Positions 1-10,544 of a stretch of DNA of 64,000 nt are shown here, one piece after another; positions within the stretch are counted from its first letter, which is position 1; each line of letters begins with the position of its first letter. Origin of the DNA: Macrostomum lignano (Eukaryota); assembly GCA_002269645.1 (NCBI GenBank), contig NIVC01001509.1:124001-188000 (forward strand). The letters run 5' to 3'. Position numbers and translations under genes: made by a program. Below the pieces are notes generated by a model, which had not been told where the DNA came from, ran no database searches, and was given only the letters and a program-made list of their open reading frames with translations.

Positions 1-162
1 AATTTCAGCACAACAAAATAAATAATAGTTTAGTTATTTAAAGTAAAAAGTATTGCAAAGCATCTATTGTTAAATTAGGACCTACTTTCTATTTTGCATC
101 TAAATCTAATTTATAATTTAGGCACCAAAAAGACAACTACTGAAATATCAAATACTGAAAAG

Positions 163-559
163 TAGAGGTTGGACGGGATTGAAATCTTTGGGCGGGATCG
201 GGATTGGGAATAATTTTTTTCTCGGGATTGGGATCGGGATTGGGATTTGAGAATTGGGATCAGGTCTTTTAGTGTATTGTCCATGTAAAGTTAAACAAAA
301 TTGAGAAAAGATTGTCAAGATCAAGAAGTAAAACAATGAAATTGATATGAAGTTTTGTAACCAACAAAGTAAATAATGTAACGAGTACAAGTTAAAGCAA
401 AATACCTTCAAGTAATCACTAATTCTATAAATTTTTAATCAAAAAACCTGTTCCCAAATCTTGAGTTTTTTAGGGTCAGGATTCTGGTCCCGCGGGAATT
501 CAATTTTCTTTGGGATCCCGAGATTTCGGGATCAGGATCGGAATCCCGTCCGACCTCTA
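163..559. mobile_element. hAT-type MITE (non-autonomous DNA transposon), 397 bp
   Basis: Terminal inverted repeats TAGAGGTTGGACGGGATT (163-180) and AATCCCGTCCGACCTCTA (542-559), 1 mismatch. Flanking 8-bp direct repeat CTGAAAAG / CTAAAAAG (7/8 match). Clustered CGGGAT/GGGATT subterminal motifs at both ends. 8-bp TSDs and TAG/CAG termini are typical of hAT elements. Confidence 0.8.
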
Positions 560-1169
560 CTAAAAAGCATATGAACCAAAAAGTGTGGATACCATACCAA
601 TTAAATCAGTTAGTCCCTATATAAAGGAACACCACAAGACAAAATGATTATCAAGACTATAGAACAATTTATAAAAGCCAAAACTTTGTCCATATGTCTA
701 TATAAAATTATAGTGCTATTGAAGTCCTAAACTGCTCAACAAAATAGCACCAGATTTTGTATTAACCCTATATTCACTATAGAAAAGGCTGTAGGCTACC
801 ATAAAAGGTTTGCATTTATCTCTTCATTTTCTTAATCTAAAGGTGCAAAAAACATTAAAAAGTTAGTTTTTTAGCATTAGCAAAACATTAAACAACTATC
901 CCAACCCCAGTTCTCTTTCCTTCCATATCTGGTTAACAATATTGCACTTTGCACATCATTTAAATGATAAACTATAGTCAATAAAGGCCTTCAAGGAAGA
1001 GTCCTTGAATGGTATTGTTTTTGTGTTGGGTAGGGTATGGCCCAATAGATGTTACTTATAATAAGTCAATATATAACAACAGTCTGCTATAAATGTGTAC
1101 ATTTAATATTGATTTGCAAGGCAAACAATAAAAATCCACTTCCAATTTGTTATTCCCAACTCTGTTTAG

Positions 1170-4100
1170 CTCGCGAAAAACTCCGCGACCTAACAAAAGA
1201 ATTCGACAAGTCGGAGGACGCACTAAAGGCGCTTCAAAGTGTTGGCCAAATTGTTGGCGAAGTGCTTCGCCAGCTAACCGAGGAGAAATTCATTGTAAAG
1301 GCCACCAATGGGCCGCGTTATGTTGTTGGCTGCCGGCGCAGTATCGACAAGAAACGGCTGAAGTCTGGCACCCGCGTAGCTCTCGACATGACCACCATGA
1401 CTATTATGCGCTGCCTGCCGCGCGAAGTAGATCCTCTAGTTTATAATATGAGCGCCGAGGATCCCGGCGACGTGTCCTACGCTAGCATTGGCGGCCTGTC
1501 CGAGCAGATTCGCGAGCTGCGCGAAGTTATCGAATTGCCGCTGCTTAATCCCGAGCTTTTCCAGCGTGTCGGCATCTCCCCGCCTAAGGGCTGCCTGTTG
1601 TATGGCCCGCCTGGCACAGGTGAGTCTGACTGGCATTATCTATTATCTATCCTTTCGGTCATAGATAAGATATAAGATAAGATATATAGATAAGATAGAT
1701 AAGATAGGACGAAAAATGACACACACAGTGCGAAAAAAATTCACCCTTTCTTTAAAATTTAAATTCGAATAAATATACCATTATTTTGACCGAAACTAGG
1801 TCTTCGCCAGGGTATAATTGAGAAAAAAAGCTGTAATAAGGGGCGGCGCATTAAAAAAAATTGGTAGTATTTGTCGTGAGTATAGAAGTACAAAATGGCC
1901 GTGCGAATTTCGTGAACAACTCGCCCAGAGTGCTCCGTGAAACGAAACACTATTGTGATACAGACGCTTTTTTCAGTGATAACATGTGTTTAAACCTCCC
2001 AGAGTCTGAGTCTGTAGTAGTAAAGCGATGAGATTCTGCTCCATATTCCTCCGCCTGCGCTAGGTTCCCTATTTAGTGGTCAGGCACTCAAGTACTGGGG
2101 AACCACAGACCCATAAAGCGCAAGTACTGAAGATTGCTTGTTGACCGAAAGTGTCTGGAGATTGGGGTGTCCTTAGCCAGTCTGATGTCGCTCTGATATG
2201 CTTAAAGTCGCCTACAGTCTCACGGACGTAGATACAGCAGTCATAGCAAGTCTTGCACATAATGGCATACACCACATTTCTGGAGTCAGCGGAATTTCTG
2301 AAAAATATTTTTATCTCATTTTTGTTGCACTAGATCCTGGACAAACTTAGCCAAAGTGTACGTGCTCTCTGCAAAGACGACAGCTTTAATTACCACAATC
2401 CTCGAAGCCGGAACTCCCACCAACCTTCAATGCAGAAGCCTATATGGATGGGAGGATGAGAGCAGATTTCTTAGCATCCCTGATTAAGCGGACAGAGTAT
2501 CCTTGTTTCTTCAGGATGCTTGTTAGGCTGCTGCTGGCCTCATCAGAGTCTTTTTTAAATGCGCAACGGCGAGCGTATCGGAGAAACAGATTTCACAGAA
2601 TGTTTGCTTTGAGTGAAATGACTCCAGATGCAAGATCTGGCGTGAATCGGTGGGTTTGAAGTAGATAGAGCACGAGTCTCTTTTAGAGCACGAGTCTCTT
2701 TTTTGTTGCCTCCGTCAGTCAGACTAACACAGCAGTCCAGGAAGTAATTAAATATTCTCTCCGCTGTATTGCATAGTGAGTCGGATGTTGCTATCGAATC
2801 CATTCAGATGCCTGTGCATCTCCTTTAGTTCGACTTCAGTGCCGACGAAAACCATTAAAATGTAGCGCTTGAAAAATCAAGGAGTCAGCAAAGCTGCTTT
2901 TGAAGCTTTGGATCCCCCCCCCCCCCGACAAACAAATATGTTGGCGTAGGATGGCGAATGTGAATTAAACGGCGTTTATTATTTACATAATACATTTCAA
3001 CACTTGGCTGCTGGCCGCATTCACGAAACCTAGTTTTTTGCACTTTGCCATAGACAATATTTAGGACTTTCAAGGCGGATTGGCCAGATAGTGTGACCTT
3101 GTCTGACAGATTGAGATTCCCTGTCTGGCGGTTCAATTTGTCCACAGTACTTCGGACGCCGTCTGTTGCCTCGATATCCACCACTGAGTCAAGTGTGTAA
3201 ATTTTGTCTCTAGAAAGGGCTTGCGACAATGATTCACGATTATTGTAAGCTGTTTGTCGATGGCATCTGCAAATCGTCTCGGTAGGTCATGACCACAAGG
3301 AAAGAGAATGACCGCTTTGACAGATGAGCTACAGTTTTTCAACTGCCCACGTATCGCTTCGATTACTATAGGAGGGTCAAACCCAAATTGTACATCTGGA
3401 TTATATAGAGACTTTCGTCGTCGCCGATCGTTATTGTTGACTTTTCAACAGGAGGCAGTTTCCAGTCCTTATGTCTTTTGCGGGCGTTAATCTGGCTAGA
3501 TTGAGAAAGTGCCTATTGAGGTAGCGTCTGTTCATGACTGTCTCCATTGCTATTGTCATGAATGTGTTATTATGAGTACACTATCCTACGCCGGGCCAGT
3601 CTGGCCGTCCGGCGTCCTCCCCCCTCAGATGTTTTCTGACTCACCCACCTTCACTTCTGAGCGTGCGTAGCCCCCAACCCCCCTCTGCCTAGGCATTGTC
3701 TGTTTATTGAACCCCCCTTCTTTGCGTGCGACCCCACCTCATTTTTTAAGTCTAGCTGCCGCCCCTATAGTTTGTGATTGGCTGCCAGACTGCCGTCCCA
3801 GTCTGCCGTGTTGCGCTCTCGGCGATTGGCTGGTACTTCTCATTTTGGTCCCATGTTGTTGTCTAAGCCCCCTGTTGCCGCTTTCATCCCGCGCCCTCGA
3901 CCCCAGTTTGTTGCCTATATATTCAGACCCCGTGAGACCCCATTTCCGTCGTCCGCGTGGCTTCCCGGTGATTTGTGCCAGCGTTGGTTGCTATTACAAT
4001 AAATTGTCCTAATTGTCCTAAATAAATAGAAATACAAATAAAGAATACCAAGAAGACTCTCACTGCTCTGTCGGCGCTGTTTCCGGGTTGAACGACCGGA

Positions 4101-6868
4101 ATCGCAGCTGGTAAGCCTTCCACCTTGCAAGTCATTTGGGGTCTGCATCTGTACTAGGCACCTTAGAGGGATTAAGTGCGTCGTACGCCGGTCCCACCCC
4201 AAGCAGTTCTGCGTCGTACGCTCGAGCAGCCTGGTCTCGACGGACACCGCGTCGTACGTGTGTCAGTGGAGGACCACAGCTAGGGTCAGTACGCGAACCC
4301 GGGTCTGGAAAGGGGCACGAAGGGACCGAGCCCGTGAGCCCCATCACCACACTATTACTGGCAAGCGTTGGAGGCTCAGTGCAGGCAAATCGACTTGCAG
4401 TACTGTATCATTGTCGGTGGGTGTCAAAGAACATGGAAGAGTTAGTCTGGCTGGCATCCTTGTTACTAACAGCAGCAACTGGGCATGTCAGGTCACACAC
4501 AATCCCTGTGTCAAGCCCCTGGCCACGGATGACTTGTCTCTGTTGTTGACAAATCGAGATCAAGATGACAGGCAAAAGACTAACTTTTTTTACCAGGAGC
4601 ATTGGACGGTAAAGTAGATCGTCTAGGTAGTAGAAGAAGGTATAAGAAGGTCAAAATCAACAATTTTTGGAGAGCCGATGCATTTCGACCAAAGCGGTCA
4701 TCGTCAGGGCAATATATTTTATGAACGATAAAAAAAGTTTTTATTTGAACAATCAAAGGAGTTTGGAGGTTGAGGTGTCTGGTCACAGATCATCCCTGTG
4801 TCCAGCCTCTGCTCTGATTACAGGCAACTCGACCCTCCAAATGTGTATCGAGCCCTTAAAGTGGCTATTCTTTCGCATTAATAGACGAGCCAGCTTGGGT
4901 GCTCTCGGTTCCTCGTTAAAACCTCGCCAGTTGGGAGATTCTTCCGTGCCCGCTAGAAGGCTGGAAAGACGACTCCCTGCTGTTGGTTGTTCCCTGTTGT
5001 TGGTGTGAGCTGGTGGTTTGTTTCGTTAAAGTCACGTTTTCAACAGAAAAAATTAATCTAACCTTTCTTAGCAGCACTCGTACGACTCGTACATTCAGGT
5101 ACCTTAGTTTGATGGCAATGCGTTTCAGCCGAGTTTGCAGAAGATCAGGGCTGCAGCTGTATCGTCTGCCAAGGTCTTTCGCCACCGGCTTCTTGCCAGC
5201 CGGTTTCCCAATCAGGAGGATCGACGTCCTTCCTGGCTTCCAGTAATTAGTTACTTGACCTGACGGCGATTCCGGACGCAACGGTCGTCAGTGACCCCAC
5301 TGAATTCCGACGTTGTTAACGGTTGCCGTCCGTCCTGTCCTGTGCAGCGCGGTCTCTTTAACGATCACAAAATTTCTTCGGCTGTCGGCCATGTTGTGGA
5401 AGCTGACACTGCACTGTCGATCACACACTAGGTAGTATTGACGTTATAGACGACTTCCGATTGTTAAGGATCCTTCGCTTAGCGGTTATATGAACTGTAC
5501 AAGCTTCGGCTGGAAAATTTTGAAATTACTGCACTGGTCCCGGGAGAAGTTAAAGCGAAAAACCACAGACACACAGTGCAAGCAGATTCACAATTTCTTT
5601 ATTTAAATACGAAGAAATATAATATATAGATAGATATAATGATAATTCGTATAGATAGGTAAAATAGATAGACTGTTAATATAGATAAAGCTGTATTGAA
5701 CTTATTGAAGAGAGCTAGTTTCGCCAGTCATGTCCCCCATTCTGCACATCAAGGCAAAACTCTGCTGGCCCGCGCCATCGCTTCGTCAATTGACGCCAAA
5801 TTCCTAAAAGTGGTGTCCTCGTCAATCGTTGACAAGTACATCGGCGAGAGCGCCCGCCTGATTCGCGAGATGTTCGGCTACGCCCGAGAGCACGAGCCCT
5901 GCATCATCTTCATGGACGAGATCGACGCCATCGGCGGTCGCCGGTTCAGCGAGGGCACGTCGGCTGATCGAGAGATTCAGCGGACGCTCATGGAGGTGCG
6001 TTTTACTTATAATTTGCAGAGAAGACTATCCGCCCCTTGAGCCTCACAATACGCCCCTTCAGTCTCACAATCCGCCCCGTCAGCCTCACCATCCGCCCCG
6101 TCAGCCTCACCATCCGCCCCGTCAGCCTCACCATCCGCCCCGTCAGCCTCACCATCCGCCCCGTCAGCCTCACCATCCGCCCCGTCAGCCTCACAATCCG
6201 CCCCGTCAGCCTCACCATCCGCCCCGTCAGCCTCACCATCCGCTCCGTCAGCTTCACCATCCGCCCCGTCAGCCTCACCATCCGCTCCGTCAGCCTCACC
6301 ATCCGCTCCGTTAGCCTCACCATCCGCCCCGTCAGCCTCACCATCCTCCCTGTCAGCCTCACCATCCTCCCTGTCAGCCTCACCATCCTCCCCGTCAGCC
6401 TCACGATCTGCCCCGTCAGCCTCGCGATCTGCCCCTCCAATCTTATAATCTGCCCCGCAATCCACCGGTTGGCAGCTCCTAAACCAGATGGACGGTTTCG
6501 ATGCCCTGGGCGCGGTGAAGATCATCATGGCCACTAACCGACCGGACACCCTGGACCCTGCCCTGCTCCGGCCCGGCCGACTCGATCGCAAAGTTGAAAT
6601 CCAGCTGCCAAACGAGCTGGGCAGGCTGGACATTCTCAAGATCCACTCCGGGCCCATAGCCAAGCACGGCGAAGTTGACTGGGAGGCGGTCGTAAAGCTG
6701 TCGGACGGCTTCAATGGTGCCGATCTGCGCAACGTGTGCACGGAGGCCGGCATGTTCGCTATCAGGGCCGAGCGAGACTACGTCATCGAGGAGGACTTTA
6801 TGAAGGCTGTGCGTAAGATTGCCGACACTAAGAAGCTGGAGACCAAGCTGGATTACAAGCCGGTATAA
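1170..6868 (+). CDS. PSMC6: 26S proteasome regulatory AAA-ATPase subunit 10B (Rpt4); exons 1170-1619, 5754-5995, 6476-6868; N-terminal exon lies upstream of the window
   Basis: Translation closely matches Rpt4: [32 protein letters not shown]; Walker A GPPGT|GKT split by a phase-1 intron; Walker B IIFMDEID; [25 protein letters not shown]; C-terminus [12 protein letters not shown]. All junctions are GT-AG and phase-consistent. Confidence 0.97.
1732..3350 (-). mobile_element. Degraded Penelope-like retroelement (RT remnant + GIY-YIG endonuclease) in PSMC6 intron
   Basis: Minus-strand fragments read by eye: IYTLD (RT motif region, ~3200); SPSYANIFV (~2940); [40 protein letters not shown] (thumb/linker, ~2470-2590); [19 protein letters not shown] (GIY-YIG, ~2200-2280); TPISRHF; [18 protein letters not shown] (~1990-2040). 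Many stops and frameshifts. Confidence 0.75.
1774..1816 (-). ncRNA. Decayed minimal hammerhead ribozyme at the 3' end of the Penelope-like element
   Basis: Minus strand reads TATACC-CTGGCGA-A-GACC-tagtttc-GGTC-AAAA-TAAT-GGTATA. Stem I (6 bp) and stem II (4 bp) pair perfectly. The core differs from CTGANGA/GAAA by two transitions. Confidence 0.55.
6030..6440. repeat. 21-bp minisatellite (CCGTCAGCCTCACCATCCGCC) in PSMC6 intron
   Basis: About 19 tandem copies; source of the LTIRPVS / DGEADGA artefact ORFs. Confidence 0.95.
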
Positions 6869-7457
6869 ATAATATCGTTAGCGTGTGCATACTACTACTG
6901 CTACTGGGCTGGTAGTAGACTGAACTGCAAGTTGTAGCTGTAATGTAAACTGCTCTTTTGTCTTAACTTGTGTTTGCCTAATGCTTAGGCTATGAATGCG
7001 GGTCTCAACAACTGGGGGGGGGGTGTTTATTTTCTCGCATAAACAAGTCTAATAAGTTTTTTCTCTTTCGTCTTATTACGCAAATCCAGCAGCGGCTTTG
7101 CCAACCTCTCTCGTACAGCGCATTGAACTATTTACTATAAAGTGCATCGGCAAGGTGTGTCTGAAGTAGACTGAACTTTCGGTTATTCGTACCACTGTGT
7201 AACCCTGCCGTGTTGCTGTGTTTGTCTATCAGAAAAATTAAATTTATAAAGTCCAAGTTAGTAGCCCATTGTTCACTTTATTACATGATTTATGCAATGC
7301 AAACCAACATTTTTCATTTGCACTTTTTCGCTTGCGTTCAATTTCTTTTTAACTTTTAAAGAAATTCATTAGACATCTCATTTCATTTTTCTTATTGTAC
7401 GAGTATTGTTTTATTGTGTATGAAGGGTAACAAGTAGTTGGCCAAAAACAGAGTAAT

Positions 7458-8497
7458 CAAGAAGGGTAGATGATTCACTGCCAGGTGAGGCAGTCAGGTA
7501 TCATCAGGAAGGGTAGATGATTCACTGCCAGGTGAGGCAGTCAGGTATCATCAGGAAGGGTAGATGATTCACTGCCAGGTGAGGCACTTAGGTATCATCA
7601 GGAAGGGTAGATGATTCACTGCCAGGTGAGGCAGTCAGGTATCATCAGGAAGGGTAGATGATTCACTGCCAGGTGAGGCAGTCAGGTATCACCAGGAAGG
7701 GTAGATGATTCACTGTTAGGTGAGGCAGTCAGGTATCACCAGGAAGGGTAGATGATTCACTGTTAGGTGAGGCAGTCAGGTATCATCAGGAAGGGTAGAT
7801 GATTCACTGTTAGGTGAGGCACTTAGGTATCATCAGGAAGGGTAGATGATTCACTGCCAGGTGAGGCAGTCAGGTATCACCAGGAAGGGTAGATGATTCA
7901 CTGCCAGGTGAGGCACTCGGGTATCATCAGGAAGGGTAGATGATTCACTGCCAGGTGAGGCAGTCAGGTATCACCAGGAAGGGTAGATGATTCACTGCCA
8001 GGTGAGGCACTCGGGTATCATCAGGAAGGGTAGATGATTCACTGCCAGGTGAGGCAGTCAGGTATCATCAGGAAGGGTAGATGATTCACTGCCAGGTGAG
8101 GCAGTCAGGTATCATCAGGAAGGGTAGATGATTCACTGCCAGGTGAGGCAGTCAGGTATCACCAGGAAGGGTAGATGATTCACTGCCAGGTGAGGCACTC
8201 GGGTATCATCAGGAAGGGTAGATGATTCACTGCCAGGTGAGGCAGTCAGGTATCACCAGGAAGGGTAGATGATTCACTGCCAGGTGAGGCACTCAGGTAT
8301 CACCAGGAAGGGTAGATGATTCACTGCCAGGTGAGGCACTCGGGTATCATCAGGAAGGGTAGATGATTCACTGCCAGGTGAGGCAGTCAGGTATCACCAG
8401 GAAGGGTAGATGATTCACTGCCAGGTGAGGCAGTCAGGTATCATCAGGAAGGGTAGATGATTCACTGCCAGGTGAGGCAGTCAGATATCATCAGAAG
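7458..8497. repeat. 47-bp minisatellite (ATCAGGAAGGGTAGATGATTCACTGCCAGGTGAGGCAGTCAGGTATC)
   Basis: About 22 near-identical tandem copies. Confidence 0.97.
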
Positions 8498-9047
8498 TTT
8501 ATGCATGTAAACTTGAGGACTTCCATGTGAACTCGAGTTCGTTCATATTTTATCTCGACAGCTCATCGAGCTTGCGTGCGCCTTGGAGCTGTTAAGCAGG
8601 ATTTTTTTATCTGATAAAATGAGAAATCGAAATGAGGGGATCTTCTTAGGTGTTCAAATTGACTTACAGACTGGCACTTAAGCAGGTGAAAATGAAATTC
8701 TGCTGACCGATGCGGTGTTAATTAGTTGCTGGCACGCATCTTGATCGCTCTTCACTGCGAACTCCAATGAACTTTCCAATTAAGTAAGACTCAATTCGTT
8801 GATGCCTCTTTTAATGACTAATTATCTGTTCTGTAGGTTTTTGAGGGCCAGGTGAAGCGGAAACCTTGGGGAGAATTTTTTAGATGATGATTAAAGATCA
8901 GAGTCTCAGCTTGTCTAACGACTACATACAAGCCTTGCTTCTTTTATTGAGGCGTTTATTATATAAGCGACTATTTTAAATCCTGACTTCTTCAAAATCG
9001 CGTTTTCCGTTTTCCCGTTTTTGATCCGGCTTTCAAGTGTACCATAA

Positions 9048-9597
9048 GATTTGTTATACCGGTGTCCGGATGTGAGATTTGTTATACCGGTGTCCGGATG
9101 TGAGATTTGTTATACCGGTGTCCGGATGTGAGATTTGTTATACCGGTGTCCGGATGTGAGATTTGTTATACCGGTGTCCGGATGTGAGTTTTGTTATACC
9201 GGTGTCCGGATGTGAGTTTTGTTATACCAGTGTCCGGATGTGAGTTTTGTTATACCGGTGTCCGAATGTGAGATTTGTTACACCGGTGTCCGGATGTGAG
9301 ATTTGTTATACCAGTGTCCGAATGTGAGATTTGTTATACCGGTGTCCGGATGTGAGATTTGTTATACCGGTGTCCGGATGTGAGATTTGTTATACCGGTG
9401 TCCGGATGTGAGATTTGTTATACCGGTGTCCGGATGTGAGATTTGTTATACCGGTGTCCGGATGTGAGATTTGTTATACCGGTGTCCGGATGTGAGATTT
9501 GTTATACCGGTGTCCGGATGTGAGATTTGTTATACCGGTGTCCGGATGTGAGATTTGTTATACCGGTGTCCGGATGTGAGATATGTTATACCGGCTA
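9048..9597. repeat. 28-bp minisatellite (GATTTGTTATACCGGTGTCCGGATGTGA)
   Basis: About 19 tandem copies. Confidence 0.97.
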
Positions 9598-9789
9598 TAG
9601 TACACCATATTCTCATATTGTACTTTTTAACGTCAAACTCTCCGGTAAGAGATTCGGTACACTCATGTCCAGCTTGCGTTTCCATTCGCTGAGTCCATCC
9701 ATTTCTGCAATTAGCAATCAGTGAATCCTGCAGCACCTCCCACTATTCAATTCTACTTTGCTACCTCAAGTGTCAGGCGGACTTATAAT

Positions 9790-10170
9790 TTACAGTATTT
9801 TTCCCGGCTCCCAGCCCAATGCGCCAGAGGCCATCGTCATTTAGCGCCATAAATAATCAGGCGTTAAAAGCGGACAGCCCTTGCGATCAGGAAACGGCGC
9901 GTGGGTGCCCAGGCAGAGAGTCCAGCGTAACCAACTAGCTAAGTCGTAAATATTATTCCATTTTGTTAAGCGGGGATTTTATCCCCATAAATTCTATAGG
10001 CGTACCCAACGGCGCTCACGCCCCATCTCTCTCTGTAATCGGCACTTAAACAGGGTAATACACGACCATACCCAACACCATTGTGGTGGCCTATGGGCTT
10101 CAGTATGCGGTTTAGGGTCTCGACCGTAGTAGCCAGCCATCTCTCGTGGGAGCGCCTTCCTCTCTGCACC
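9790..10170 (-). mobile_element. Possible LTR-retrotransposon (Gypsy-like) integrase relic
   Basis: Minus-strand ERWLATTVETLNRILKPIGHHNGVGYGRVLPCLSADYRERWGVSAVGYAYRIYGDKIP resembles the rve C-terminal segment (ER.N.TLK..L.K....W...LP..L..YR......G.SP....YG). Judged by eye only. Confidence 0.4.
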
Positions 10171-10544
10171 CCCCCCCCTGTGCATCTTCCTCTAGATTCT
10201 GATGCAGCTATTTATTCTATCGTATCAGTAGCAGATTTATGTACGCCTGCACTGTTGCCAGACTGATTATGAAGCTGCAATACTGTCTAGTAATTCTAGT
10301 ACTGCAGTACTTGTAACAATATAGTAACTTGCTGCTATATGCATATACATCCTAATCGAATATTAAGGTTCACCTGCTAAAGTCAAAAGCCAAGGCCTCC
10401 TAAGTTATTTATCTGGATTAGAAATAAATATCAACACTAAGAGGCCAGTTCTCTTTGGCCTTCAGCCAATTTTAAAATCTGTCTAAACTGCATTTCTAAA
10501 ATGCGGCTGTAGTGTGAACCGGCCTTTAGAGGCTGGCTACAGGC

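Noticed and set aside
1049-1169. N-terminal extension of the PSMC6 ORF (MLLIISQY...)
   Set aside because: AT-rich intronic sequence upstream of the TTTAG acceptor at 1169; not homologous to the Rpt4 N-terminus.
1722-5580. CACAGTG heptamers resembling RAG RSS or Transib termini
   Set aside because: Both copies are in the same orientation, and the nonamer-like GAAAAACC lies on the wrong side with a 7-nt spacer. They are better explained as a direct repeat.
6007-6753. Antisense DGEADGA acidic-repeat ORF
   Set aside because: It overlaps PSMC6 exon 3 in antisense and the intronic 21-bp array.
7458-9597. CRISPR-like appearance of the 28-47 bp arrays
   Set aside because: The units are head-to-tail with no unique spacers, there are no cas genes, and the context is eukaryotic.
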